Positions 20,600 through 30,598 of a stretch of 64,000 nt of DNA are shown here, piece after piece. Under the pieces are notes generated by a model. The model was not told the origin of the DNA, did not search any database, and was given only the letters and a program-made list of their open reading frames with translations. The translations under genes and the position numbers were made by a program. Position 1 is the first letter of the stretch; every line of letters starts with the position of its first letter. The DNA comes from a virus (taxonomy: Duplodnaviria; Caudoviricetes): IMG/VR virus record IMGVR_UViG_3300031555_004294, positions 235,071 to 299,070 of that record; one strand, given 5' to 3'.

Positions 20600-21997
20600 T
20601 TACTCACTGAGAATTTCCATAACAGGAGACTCATAATATTCGTTAAGAGCTTCTGAAAAATTTTCTGTCATATAATATTCAATACCAAGATCTTCTTTTC
20701 TGATTTCAATTTTATCTTTAAGCAAATTAGTATCAAAATCATAAATTTCTTGATCGCTAACGTCTATACTTCCAGCAATATCACGTTTTCTTTCCATATT
20801 TGAAAACAGAGAGTTTATTGCTTTTCTAAAATAAGGTGTTTTCTTTAATAATTTTTCGATAGCTTCAATATCGTTTTCAATCTCTTCAATCTGCTTGGGA
20901 GACATATTTTTACGGTTATTATTTAATTCATATTTTAACTTTTCTAAAGTAAATATAATTCGCTTTCTATCAGTAGGATGTTCGTCATTCATATATTTTA
21001 CGAAATCAAATAAAACCTCGTGATAATAATCTAAAATTCTAATTAATGGAATTTTTGACGTAATTTTTCTTTTATAAGATAAATCGTCGGTATTATTAAA
21101 TGTCGCTACGACACCTTTAGCATAACCATATGAAGCAGCAAAATTATCGGCAAATCTTTCATTAGTGTATCCTTTACCTTTCTTTTCCTGCTTACTTAAT
21201 TCTTTATATGACGCAGAATTAATAATAATTGGAAGAAATAAAGTATAAAAGACTGTTTTTGCCAATCTAAAGCCAGATGTAAGTAGTTTTTTACTAACAG
21301 TAGACAATGTATAAAATAATTTACCAATACCAGTATGGTCTGATTTATATTTTTGATTTACAATATCATGTGCCTTATCTGTTAAAAATTTTTTTGTTTG
21401 CTCGTAAGTCGTATACTGTAAACCCTGTTTAAAACTAATTCCTTCTTGTATTAGAACCTTTACTACTTCTACAGTTAAATTTGGATCGTAATTATAGTAA
21501 TCTAACAACTGTAAGAGATATAAAACCAATTCAGTAAATACTTTAGCTTTACGATTTTGAATTTCTTCCTTAATAAAAAAGAAATTATGTCCAATTTCAT
21601 GTAATAAAACTGCCATAATGCTTTCTATATTATAATTTCGTATAGTGTAGCTATTGGTATAAATGTAAAGAGTCTTACCAACAGATGATTTATAGCGTAT
21701 ACCACTACTATCAGAAACTAATTCAAAAAAACTGTCATTATAACTACGATTTTTTTCATAATAGAATGGCATAGTATACGCATTCATACCTCTCTCATCA
21801 GCTATAATGGAAAAATATACCTTTTCACAGTTAAATTTTTTAGCAATTAGATTCTCAAATTTAGTTTTTTCTGGAACTCCATTTGGATTTTTATTATTTG
21901 CAACTGCATCTTTTAGAGCCTGAATACAATTTTCACATTCTAGTAAAGTTTCATCCTTACCAAAATAAGACTCTTGTAGGATTATATTTTCATTCAT
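20600..21997 (-). CDS. Zinc metallopeptidase (M48-like HExxH)
   Basis: NAY, VLLHEIGH, ERFADNFA, EHPTDRKRI. Confidence 0.7.
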   Translation of the reverse strand: MNENIILQESYFGKDETLLECENCIQALKDAVANNKNPNGVPEKTKFENLIAKKFNCEKVYFSIIADERGMNAYTMPFYYEKNRSYNDSFFELVSDSSGIRYKSSVGKTLYIYTNSYTIRNYNIESIMAVLLHEIGHNFFFIKEEIQNRKAKVFTELVLYLLQLLDYYNYDPNLTVEVVKVLIQEGISFKQGLQYTTYEQTKKFLTDKAHDIVNQKYKSDHTGIGKLFYTLSTVSKKLLTSGFRLAKTVFYTLFLPIIINSASYKELSKQEKKGKGYTNERFADNFAASYGYAKGVVATFNNTDDLSYKRKITSKIPLIRILDYYHEVLFDFVKYMNDEHPTDRKRIIFTLEKLKYELNNNRKNMSPKQIEEIENDIEAIEKLLKKTPYFRKAINSLFSNMERKRDIAGSIDVSDQEIYDFDTNLLKDKIEIRKEDLGIEYYMTENFSEALNEYYESPVMEILSE

Positions 21998-22025
21998 AGG
22001 TTTTCAATTTCACCTTACTTTCTTT

Positions 22026-23222
22026 TTAATATTTGTTCAGGATAACCTGTTGTGTTGCAATACAGAAAAAGATGAAAATCGACTTTCTATAAGCAATGAG
22101 AGATGCAACTCTACTTGTTTTTAAATATTTCTCAGAATTTTCTTTTAACCAAGTATCTAATATTTCTTTGATACGAATTATACCCTTGTCATTAGTATTT
22201 GACTTACCATAGATTTTATTAGCATACACTAAGAAATTATTACTGGAGAATGTTGCTTCTGGATGCTTATCAACTACCAGATATTGATGCAAGAACAGTA
22301 TTATGAATTCCTTTATCAATTTGTCGTCTTTTTCTATGATCCGTTTGACAACATTATGAACCTCATTAATAGATACGCCAGCTATTTTAGCAGACATTTC
22401 TATGATATTTTGGTTCAAATTAGATGTGATGATTGTATTTGCACATTTTTCACCCATCTGATATATTTTAGCAGATACATTAGTTGTCTCATAGAAATCT
22501 TCAACATCAGTTCCTTCTCTTTCAGTATTCATGTACACTTTACTGTCTTTGTACTTGTTGTAAAGTGTTAGAATCTCTTTGATGAAGTTATTGATACGAA
22601 CGTACATATTCATAATGTACTGGAAGATAAGATAGTCAGAAAATTCCTTATCGTTTAGATATTCCTCGTATTTTTCATGACAACCAAGTGAAACCTTTTG
22701 TAATACCTGTATGATTGTACCATATTTTTTTATGTCATATCTGTTACTCATAGTACTGATGATGTAAGCCAATTTATTAGGATTGAATGGGTACTTTAGT
22801 CTTGCATTTATAATTGAAGAGTACAATGCTAGTGCAAGATATAAAATAGATAACTTCATTTCGTTATCTTTTTTATTGTCTCTGTAATACTTAATTACAT
22901 TGGTTAAAGCCCAATATTCTGGTTTGTTATATAAAACCCAGTGACTATCAGTCTGTCCACTTTCTTTTATGAGTGCTTTAATTTCATTTGGTGTCTTACC
23001 TACGCTATTAAAAAGTACTTCTCCATCTAAACTATCAACTTTCCAGTATAAGTACTTAAAGTCAGCATTAAATAGCTTGTCGTGATTTCGGTCTATATAT
23101 TTTGGAATGTACTCTAAAAGTTCTTTTCCTTTATTTCTATCAAGGTTCATCTTTATATCTGGATAGCACTTTTCTTTAAAAACAAATGTGCTAGTATTTT
23201 TAGACGTAGCCATATAAATCAC
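22026..23222 (-). CDS. Hypothetical late protein
   Basis: Late promoter at 23247-23258 (-). Confidence 0.6.
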   Translation of the reverse strand: MIYMATSKNTSTFVFKEKCYPDIKMNLDRNKGKELLEYIPKYIDRNHDKLFNADFKYLYWKVDSLDGEVLFNSVGKTPNEIKALIKESGQTDSHWVLYNKPEYWALTNVIKYYRDNKKDNEMKLSILYLALALYSSIINARLKYPFNPNKLAYIISTMSNRYDIKKYGTIIQVLQKVSLGCHEKYEEYLNDKEFSDYLIFQYIMNMYVRINNFIKEILTLYNKYKDSKVYMNTEREGTDVEDFYETTNVSAKIYQMGEKCANTIITSNLNQNIIEMSAKIAGVSINEVHNVVKRIIEKDDKLIKEFIILFLHQYLVVDKHPEATFSSNNFLVYANKIYGKSNTNDKGIIRIKEILDTWLKENSEKYLKTSRVASLIAYRKSIFIFFCIATQQVILNKY

Positions 23223-23325
23223 CTTTCTTTCATTATAGTTTTGTATTATAGAATTGTTTTGAATGCATTATAGAATGCAAAAAAAAAGAAATAGTTTTCC
23301 ATGAGAAAACTATTTCTTTTTAATT

Positions 23326-24813
23326 TTAGTAGTTGCTTACTCTTAGCTCACGAATCTTATTCGTCCAACCATTATCTACAGAAAGATGATCTCGTCTTCC
23401 AGTAAGCACCCACATAAGTTTTGTTGAAGAACTAGGTCTATACGTTTCGTCAATATGAGACTCACCAAATCCATCAGTGAAATAAATTAGCAAGTCTGGC
23501 TTTTCGCTTCCACGTAACTCTTCCTTTAAGTATTGAAAGACTGGTTGAAAACGAGTTCCGCCTCGTCCTGTTACTTTTGTACTCACTTCTTTAATGTTTG
23601 AAGCTGTATAGACTCTTCCAATTTGCATATCGCATTCAATAATGGTCAACTCAAATTCTACTAACTTAAGAATTGCAAAAATCTCATTGAATACAAACTG
23701 AAGATCTTTTTCGCTCATTGAACCAGATGTATCAATAGCTACTGTAATCTTAATCCTTCTATCAGAAATACGTCCTTGTACGTCATATCTGTCATCTTGT
23801 TTTACTATTGAACTGTTACATTCTGACATTAGATCATATACTAGATACGTGCCTTTAGTTCTTCTGGATCTTCTAAGAGGAGTTGTCTTATAAGGAACTC
23901 TAACTGAACCAACCATTCTCTTTAACTCATCTTGCCATTTGATAATTGTAGGTGCGTTAATCTTTTTGATAAGTTCTTGTAATTCACCAGGAATATTACC
24001 ACAGCTCTTAGCTGCTTCATTAACCATGTGTTTTACAATTTCTTTCATGTTTTGCACATCCGAACTATCTGACTCTTTCCAAATAGAATGGTCAACAGGA
24101 TACTTTTTATCAAGAATCTCATCAATCATATCACTGATTGATTTTCCAGATCCATTGCCATTTTGACCTTGCTGTCCATCCCCCATTTGTTGACCTAATT
24201 GCTCGAGAATGTCCTGCAAGTCCTTCATCATCTGTTTGTACTTTTCAGAACCATTTTTATAAGCTTCAGAATTCTTTACCAATTCCAAATAATACTCAAA
24301 TGCTTCTTTGCGATTTGTGTTATACTTGTTGAGATTAAACATCTCACAGAAGTTATCAAATGTTATACATTCGTTGGGAATATCAGGAATAAACTGATTG
24401 ATAGCTACATCCATTACAATGTTTTCAATATAGCTATCAAAACGGTTGTTATTTTCTTTGCTTCTCAGCAAATGCATATGAAGCAAATGGTATACTTCAT
24501 GTTTGAGAATTGCTTTTACTTCTTTGTGAGTATATCTTAACAACAGAGCTGGATTAAGAACTAACAAAGGATTTCCTTTTTTAATAGTAACTCCAGCTGG
24601 TGCAGAAAGGACATAACTAACCTCTCTTTGCATATGAATGATAAACGTACCAAAGAAATGGTCTGAAACTAGCAAATTGAACACAATTAGTTCAATATAC
24701 TCTTTAAAGTAGCTAGTTGCAGTTTTTGTATCTCCTTCATTCATCGCTGTCAGACATCTTGTTTTAAGTTGTTCAACATTCATGTCGTCTAAACTAGTCA
24801 TCTTAGCTGCCAT
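23326..24813 (-). CDS. DUF2201-type metallopeptidase-vWA protein
   Basis: ILKHEVYH; MIDAS motif AIDTSGSM; GRGGT.F; YFTDG. Confidence 0.85.
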   Translation of the reverse strand: MAAKMTSLDDMNVEQLKTRCLTAMNEGDTKTATSYFKEYIELIVFNLLVSDHFFGTFIIHMQREVSYVLSAPAGVTIKKGNPLLVLNPALLLRYTHKEVKAILKHEVYHLLHMHLLRSKENNNRFDSYIENIVMDVAINQFIPDIPNECITFDNFCEMFNLNKYNTNRKEAFEYYLELVKNSEAYKNGSEKYKQMMKDLQDILEQLGQQMGDGQQGQNGNGSGKSISDMIDEILDKKYPVDHSIWKESDSSDVQNMKEIVKHMVNEAAKSCGNIPGELQELIKKINAPTIIKWQDELKRMVGSVRVPYKTTPLRRSRRTKGTYLVYDLMSECNSSIVKQDDRYDVQGRISDRRIKITVAIDTSGSMSEKDLQFVFNEIFAILKLVEFELTIIECDMQIGRVYTASNIKEVSTKVTGRGGTRFQPVFQYLKEELRGSEKPDLLIYFTDGFGESHIDETYRPSSSTKLMWVLTGRRDHLSVDNGWTNKIRELRVSNY

Positions 24814-26000
24814 TAGATAAATAACCCTCCATCTTCAGTCATTGCTTTTGAAAAAAGCAATGTTTTAACTGACTTTTTTATAGTATTTGCATTCATTATA
24901 ATGTCTTTGTAGAACTGATCTTGGTTTTTATAATAGAATCCATACTTCTGATAATACTTGTGTTGAGATAACTCTAAGAGCAGACTCATAGAGTTCTTAA
25001 CTTTAGGAATTGGAGATTTATTCCATGTGTATATCAGAGCATTTATAAAAATCTTTTTTACAGTTGGATTCATTCTTCCATATAGTTTCCAAAAATATTC
25101 TACAGGACCTTCATCAAGATATATCTTTTTGTAAACTAAACCATATCGATGTTGGATTTTTTTAGTGTACAAAAATGTATTCATAAATCCAAGTTTTTCT
25201 ACTTCGAGATTTTCCTTAAAAATCTTATTCAAATTGTTTTGCAATTTCGTTATGATTTTCTCGTTTTCCTCTCCATAGATATCTATCACTGCAGTATAGA
25301 AATCAATAATGGTTATTAGCACGTTGAAAAAAGTTTTACTGTCCTCATAATGTGAAGTACCTTTTTTTATTTCTTCGATCTTCTTACAGATTTTATTATT
25401 GAAGACGTTAAAAATATTGATTTTGTATCCCTTAGACTTTAAATATGATAGCCATACTCTTAAAAAATTCTGATTGAAGTGGTTATAGTACAACCAATAA
25501 CCAGTTAGTTGAGCATCAAACATAGTTTCTAGAACTTTTTGTTCTTGATCTTTCTCACCACTAAAAGTTTTGATTTGGTTGTCCCAGAACTCATGTAACA
25601 AATTTAGATAGATGTCGTAAAAATTTTCATTTTTTATTTCATACTCTTCTTTTTCCTTATCTATAACACTAACCCAACAATCATAACCATTTGTAGATAC
25701 AATATCTTCCATTATGTGTGAGTTATAGGGAGAGTAGTCGTTTGCATAATAGGAAAGAGTACTTCTACTAAAAAAGTTTTCCTTTAAGTAAGTTTCTAAA
25801 AAGTATTTAGCAACTTCAATTCTCAAATCGTATGGTAAAACATCAACAATGTTGTCTACTTTTGTTGATTTTGGTCTCAAAAAGCTAATTATATTACGTT
25901 CGCTAACTGCGTCGTCATAATATTTACTGTGAGTTGATTTGAAAAATACAGTCATTAACTTTTTTGTAAAGTCTAATAACTCTTCTTTGTTTTCATACAC
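24813..26000 (-). CDS. Hypothetical protein between the AAA and vWA genes
   Basis: Long ORF coupled to the vWA gene (TAATG). Confidence 0.6.
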   Translation of the reverse strand: MYENKEELLDFTKKLMTVFFKSTHSKYYDDAVSERNIISFLRPKSTKVDNIVDVLPYDLRIEVAKYFLETYLKENFFSRSTLSYYANDYSPYNSHIMEDIVSTNGYDCWVSVIDKEKEEYEIKNENFYDIYLNLLHEFWDNQIKTFSGEKDQEQKVLETMFDAQLTGYWLYYNHFNQNFLRVWLSYLKSKGYKINIFNVFNNKICKKIEEIKKGTSHYEDSKTFFNVLITIIDFYTAVIDIYGEENEKIITKLQNNLNKIFKENLEVEKLGFMNTFLYTKKIQHRYGLVYKKIYLDEGPVEYFWKLYGRMNPTVKKIFINALIYTWNKSPIPKVKNSMSLLLELSQHKYYQKYGFYYKNQDQFYKDIIMNANTIKKSVKTLLFSKAMTEDGGLFI

Positions 26001-26108
26001 TTAAAAATTCACCACACTTTATAAAAAATTTTAACCATTCAGTGTTAGATAAGTAAAGTTTGGTTCTCTACTTATCTAACACTAAAACTTTGTTATGTTT
26101 CCTCCAAG

Positions 26109-27284
26109 TTAGATATTGCTTGCAGCCATCGTCTTCTTATTAGTATCAAAGAAGAGATCCATGTAGTCATCATACTTTGTAAAAGTATCGTGGATCTTTT
26201 TATAGTTCACACCGATATTCTTAAGTACGCCTACCATGATATCCTTGGGAAGTACTCTACATACTTCAATGAAACGCTTACAAAGCTTATCTCCAGTCTT
26301 CTTATCATTGAAGTCCTTAAGATTCTCATCGATATAACGAATACATCTGTCAATGATAACGAACTGTCTTGTAGAAGTATCACCCTTAATCTTGGAAAGA
26401 ATATCACGCTCAAACTTCTCATCTGTGCTTTGGAAGATTTCTTTCACAGTAGTAATGGGATTCTTCTTGTTTCTGAGAAAACTAGTCAGAGAAGTTGCAG
26501 GAGTCTGACCTACTACACCCTTTGCTGCTTCAAACAACATACCTTCAAAGTTCTCAGGATAGTAGGTCTTGATCTGTCTCATTACCTTTGAGAGCAATTC
26601 CCAACCACGAGGAGTAGGTTTAACCTCTTCCTTACTATGGGGGTCATGAAGAAGATTAGGCATTTCTGCAATGAATTCGATGATGTCAGTATCGATAGCT
26701 TCAGAACCAGTTTCAGGATCATCCTTAGTATTAGATGCCCACTTAAGCCAGTCCTTGACATCTGCTTCAAGTGTATACTTTACAAAACGATTCTTCATAG
26801 CGTCATTCATGACGTTAACCTGATAATCATTGTCATCATCATATTCAGGGTTTCCTGCTGCAATGACAATACAACCTTCAGGGAGAATAGTTTCGTTGAT
26901 TCGTCTATCGAGAATTAACTGCATCAATTCTTGGTTTACAGCATTCTCGCATCTATTCAACTCGTCGATAAAGAGAATCGTGTTTATACCCTTCTTATCG
27001 TTCTCCAAGATCTGATTGAGTTTTACATGCGTAGTATAGTCATTAACCATTCTACCCGATTCATCATCTTTTCTTGGTACGGGAATGCCACCCAATTCTC
27101 CTTCCTTCAAGAGTGCACCGAAAAGTGTGACAACAGGGACATCATCAAAGCCATTTTCCTTATAAAGCTTTGCTACTTCCTTGATCATCTGTGACTTTCC
27201 TACGCCAGCATGTCCTTCGATATAAGGTACAACACCTGCTACACTTGTTACGAATACCTGTGGCAATAATTCCGAATACTTCAT
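26109..27284 (-). CDS. MoxR-like AAA+ ATPase
   Basis: Walker A GHAGVGKS, Walker B LFIDELNR, AAGNP, NRF, PTPRGW; start re-called to MKYSELL behind AAAAGGAG. Confidence 0.88.
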   Translation of the reverse strand: MKYSELLPQVFVTSVAGVVPYIEGHAGVGKSQMIKEVAKLYKENGFDDVPVVTLFGALLKEGELGGIPVPRKDDESGRMVNDYTTHVKLNQILENDKKGINTILFIDELNRCENAVNQELMQLILDRRINETILPEGCIVIAAGNPEYDDDNDYQVNVMNDAMKNRFVKYTLEADVKDWLKWASNTKDDPETGSEAIDTDIIEFIAEMPNLLHDPHSKEEVKPTPRGWELLSKVMRQIKTYYPENFEGMLFEAAKGVVGQTPATSLTSFLRNKKNPITTVKEIFQSTDEKFERDILSKIKGDTSTRQFVIIDRCIRYIDENLKDFNDKKTGDKLCKRFIEVCRVLPKDIMVGVLKNIGVNYKKIHDTFTKYDDYMDLFFDTNKKTMAASNI

Positions 27285-27410
27285 TTTCTGTTTATCTCCT
27301 TTTTGTATTAAAGTTTTACTAAGTAAAAATATATAGTTATAAACGTTTTTAGTGTTTATAACTATATATCTCTCCAACAGTTTTAAATTCTGTCGTAAAT
27401 TTGGTCATTA

Positions 27411-27927
27411 AGACTCAACTAAAAGTTGTTACTATTTGAAAGTTTTGATTCATTTTTTGGACGTGATACTATAAACGTCGATGATTCATTACAGGCAAGT
27501 GATACTGTTCTTATTATTGATTCATTTGACAGCTGTGATGCTATAAGGAACAATGATTCATTAAACTGCTTTGATACTATTAGGCATCGTGATTCATTAA
27601 AGAATAGTGATACTATTTAGCAACGTGATTCATTATAAAATATTGATACTATCATTGAAATTGATTCATTAATTGAAAGTGATGCTATTTTGACCATGTT
27701 GATTCATTGCGCGTTACTGATACTATTCGCTGTTAGTGATTCATTACACAACCATGGATACTAATTGTTAGACTGATTCATTCACTACATATGCTACTGT
27801 CAATTATACTGATTCATTTTTGCTTCATGATACTATTGTCGCTATTGATTCATTAAACCCAGATGATACTATAAATTACTCTGATTCATTTTTCCACGAT
27901 GATACTATAAAGTTCCAATGATTTCAC
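27411..27927 (-). ncRNA. TIGR-like dual-repeat guide array 3 (14 units), directly downstream of the Tas-like gene
   Basis: Plus strand shows TGATTCATT and TGATACTAT alternating with 9-11 nt spacers, i.e. the same repeats as arrays 1 and 2 on the minus strand. Confidence 0.9.
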
Positions 27928-27941
27928 AAAAAATTTTATAA

Positions 27942-27977
27942 AAAGCAACTACTAGCTAAAATACTAGTAGTTGCTTT
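27942..27977 (-). terminator. Hairpin between the tas-like gene and array 3 (terminator or processing stem)
   Basis: AAAGCAACTACTAG/CTAGTAGTTGCTTT inverted repeat. Confidence 0.65.
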
Positions 27978-27993
27978 ATTTTTCATAGTTCTA

Positions 27994-29043
27994 TCAGAAG
28001 CTATCTCTGCCAGGCTTCAAACCAAGGATTTCCTTATGAGGAGGCTCAATGATATGAACATGCCCAAGATGTACTTCGGCAAAAGGACGAGGAGCAGGTC
28101 TACCATTTGCATATTCATACCAAACAGTAAACAAATGAGATAGGAAGATCTTTTCTGCATATCTCTTAGCCATTGAAATCATATGTGCCATGGGTAACTT
28201 ACCACTCTCATAAGTTTTCTTAGCTTCAGTTTCTTTTTCAAAGTTCTTCTCTTTCAATGTAAGAGCTGCCAACTCTGTAAAGCCACCTCTCTCATTTCTT
28301 TCAATGTATTCCTTAAGCTTTTCTCTGTAGAGATGTCCATAGATTGCATCGGGAATTCTATCAATAGGATTTCCATTCTCATCAAGAAGAATATTACCGT
28401 CACTGTCCTTCTTATATCCAGATACCTTGGCAAACTGTTCTCCAGCTTTCCAGCAAAGTACCTTAAAGTGAGGGTTATAGTCAAGCTTTACTCCCTTCTT
28501 ACGGGGTGCTCTATGACCTTCAATACCGCCATATCTCCAAATGGAACCTGCAGTTTGACACTTAGAAATGTCGATATAAGAAAGGAAACCTGCTGCAAGC
28601 ACAGGTCCAATTCCCTTTACAGTAAGAAGCCACTTTCCAATGGGGTCTCTCTTAACATAGTCTTCCAGCCAAGATGCAATTACTTCCTCGATGTCCTTAA
28701 GACCTGCCTTTGCATATGCAAACGAAATATTGTTGGTTGCTTCATTTTCCTTTACAGTGCTTTCAATTTCCTTATCACTTTCATCTTTACTGTCCAACTG
28801 GAACTGTCTGTTGCCAGCACCAATTCTAAAATCCTGAATATCATAATACATTCTGATTGCACTGGTTGCTTCTTCTCTGGAAGTGATAGGATTACTCTTA
28901 ACAATGATCCTACCAAATCCTCTTTCGTAAGTATCTTGGAAACTTACCTTTTGCTTCTTGTTGTTTTCCGTGGGGTTTGCTGCAGAGATGGTGTCCATTA
29001 CTTCATTCTCTGCCTGTTCATTAGTGCTCTTCTTTCTAGCCAT
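27994..29043 (-). CDS. Nop-domain / IS110-related RNA-binding protein, TasA-like (no RuvC or HNH domain seen)
   Basis: Coiled-coil IRMYYDIQDFRIGAGNR, then WLLTVKGIGPVLAAGFLSYIDI...AGSIWRYGG and HMISMAKRYAEKIFLSHL (IS110-Cterm/Nop fold); start MARKKS behind AAAGGAG; adjacent 36-nt array. Confidence 0.8.
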   Translation of the reverse strand: MARKKSTNEQAENEVMDTISAANPTENNKKQKVSFQDTYERGFGRIIVKSNPITSREEATSAIRMYYDIQDFRIGAGNRQFQLDSKDESDKEIESTVKENEATNNISFAYAKAGLKDIEEVIASWLEDYVKRDPIGKWLLTVKGIGPVLAAGFLSYIDISKCQTAGSIWRYGGIEGHRAPRKKGVKLDYNPHFKVLCWKAGEQFAKVSGYKKDSDGNILLDENGNPIDRIPDAIYGHLYREKLKEYIERNERGGFTELAALTLKEKNFEKETEAKKTYESGKLPMAHMISMAKRYAEKIFLSHLFTVWYEYANGRPAPRPFAEVHLGHVHIIEPPHKEILGLKPGRDSF

Positions 29044-29080
29044 TTGATACTTCTCCTTTGTATATGATTTTAAATGGGTT

Positions 29081-29335
29081 TCAGATGCTATAAGGGGTCG
29101 GGTACATAGAAAAATTATCGAATTTGGTAACCACAACAGTTTTACCATTTTCTAATTTAGTATGTAAATTTCCATTGTCATCTACATACTGAACTTCTGC
29201 CTTAATTCCATAAGAAGGTAAAATTCTACCATTGATATGGTAGATCTTAATTACTGTTCCTTTTGGATAAGCTGTTTTTAACAGCCTAATTTTCTTTTCT
29301 TCTTCCATTGTACTAGTGTACATCATATTTTTCAT
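29081..29335 (-). CDS. DUF4314-like protein
   Basis: LKTAYPKGT...G...V..VDD.G.LH...ENG pattern. Confidence 0.6.
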   Translation of the reverse strand: MKNMMYTSTMEEEKKIRLLKTAYPKGTVIKIYHINGRILPSYGIKAEVQYVDDNGNLHTKLENGKTVVVTKFDNFSMYPTPYSI

Positions 29336-29343
29336 TCTCCTTT

Positions 29344-29946
29344 TTATTTATCCTTGGTAAAATAACCAAAGTAAGTATGGTCATAGACTTCATAAGGTTC
29401 ATAGCCGTCATCATACCAGTTTTCAAAATGATGATCTGCTCTAAAGTACATTACATATTCAGGAACAGTACAACCATTCTGAAGAACATAGTCAACGACT
29501 TCATATTGAGTTTCTGTGGGTGTAGTATCAGGGATAAGATATGCAGGTGTAAATTGGTAGGGAGCAAATACAACTTCTTCCAAAGTGTCACCCCATGTAC
29601 CATCTATCCAACGATTGATTACTACAGAGACAATAGCTCTTTGGCATTCAATGCTTTCTCCTCTAGCTTCAAGAAATACCAGACGTGCTAATGTTTCTCT
29701 ATCTTCATCAGAAATAATATATGTGCAGTTGGATTTATTTTCATTAACCTTTTCTACGATAGTTTCGTTCTTTTCTCTGATGATATTTTTGTTGAGGTTT
29801 TTATTTTCATCAGTAACAGAATCAATGATACCCATTGCTGCTACAGACATAAGAAATGCTACAATAGTAATTGCTACCATAACGATGACAATTGTTAGCA
29901 TTTTTCCTTCAGACATATTTTCAAGTTTTTTAAGTAAGTTTTTCAT
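29344..29946 (-). CDS. SleB/Hydrolase_2 cell-wall hydrolase with N-terminal membrane anchor
   Basis: LARLVFLEARGES...AIVSVVINR...VVFAPYQF; hydrophobic N-terminus. Confidence 0.85.
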   Translation of the reverse strand: MKNLLKKLENMSEGKMLTIVIVMVAITIVAFLMSVAAMGIIDSVTDENKNLNKNIIREKNETIVEKVNENKSNCTYIISDEDRETLARLVFLEARGESIECQRAIVSVVINRWIDGTWGDTLEEVVFAPYQFTPAYLIPDTTPTETQYEVVDYVLQNGCTVPEYVMYFRADHHFENWYDDGYEPYEVYDHTYFGYFTKDK

Positions 29947-30123
29947 GAGTAAATCTCCTTTAGTAAGTTAAAACTAGTAATAAAAATGCTTAATTTTCTA
30001 AGTCATATTAAAAATATGTGTTTATAAAATTTAAAAATACGGATTTTTATAAAAGTTAAAAGTGCGTATAAACATATATCATAAACGTACACTAAATTTC
30101 AGAGGAAAGGAAATTAATTTGTT

Positions 30124-30342
30124 ATGAGTGACGAACTTTTTGAAACTTTAAAGGAAAATTTTCCCATTTTAGAGAAACTTGAAGGCGGTCTTAGAATCAA
30201 AGTAAATGAACAAGAAAAACTCTGTTTGGATACTAAATATTCTATGGAATTGACTCAGCAAGATTGTTTAGAACTGTCACAGTTATTTGCTTTATTGGCA
30301 ACTGGATTTGAAGAAAGTGAGAAGACAAATGATGGAGAATAA
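30124..30342 (+). CDS. Hypothetical protein
   Basis: First ORF of a rightward operon with RBS. Confidence 0.5.
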   Translation: MSDELFETLKENFPILEKLEGGLRIKVNEQEKLCLDTKYSMELTQQDCLELSQLFALLATGFEESEKTNDGE

Positions 30343-30598
30343 GTTTGATGCTATAGTTACTGACATTAAAGTTTCAGAACTTTATCAACATTTTAAAGGA
30401 AACACCTATAAAGTTATTTGTGTTGCAAAACATTCAGAAACTTTAGAACCACTAGTTGTTTACAAAGCTATGTATGATGTTGATAATAAATATTGGGTGA
30501 GACCTTTATCAATGTGGAATGAACTTGTAAAGGTTGATGGAAAAGAAGTACCAAGATTTAAACATATAGGAAAGGATAATAGTGAAAATGATGACTAA
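30287..30598 (+). CDS. DUF1653 family protein
   Basis: YQHFKGNTYKV...AKHSETLEPLVVYKAMY...WVRP..MW...RF. Confidence 0.85.
   Translation: MLYWQLDLKKVRRQMMENKFDAIVTDIKVSELYQHFKGNTYKVICVAKHSETLEPLVVYKAMYDVDNKYWVRPLSMWNELVKVDGKEVPRFKHIGKDNSENDD

Noticed and set aside
10336-27927. The three arrays as CRISPR arrays
   Set aside because: Repeats and spacers are only about 9 nt, two repeats alternate, and no cas genes are in the window
28333-29067. Long antisense ORFs (28333-29067, 41288-41905, 55059-55823, 7555-7998 and similar)
   Set aside because: Shadows of sense genes with no RBS or recognisable motifs
27994-29148. IS110 transposase / insertion sequence
   Set aside because: No DEDD RuvC domain or catalytic SG motif; the flank is a guide array; start is better placed at 29043
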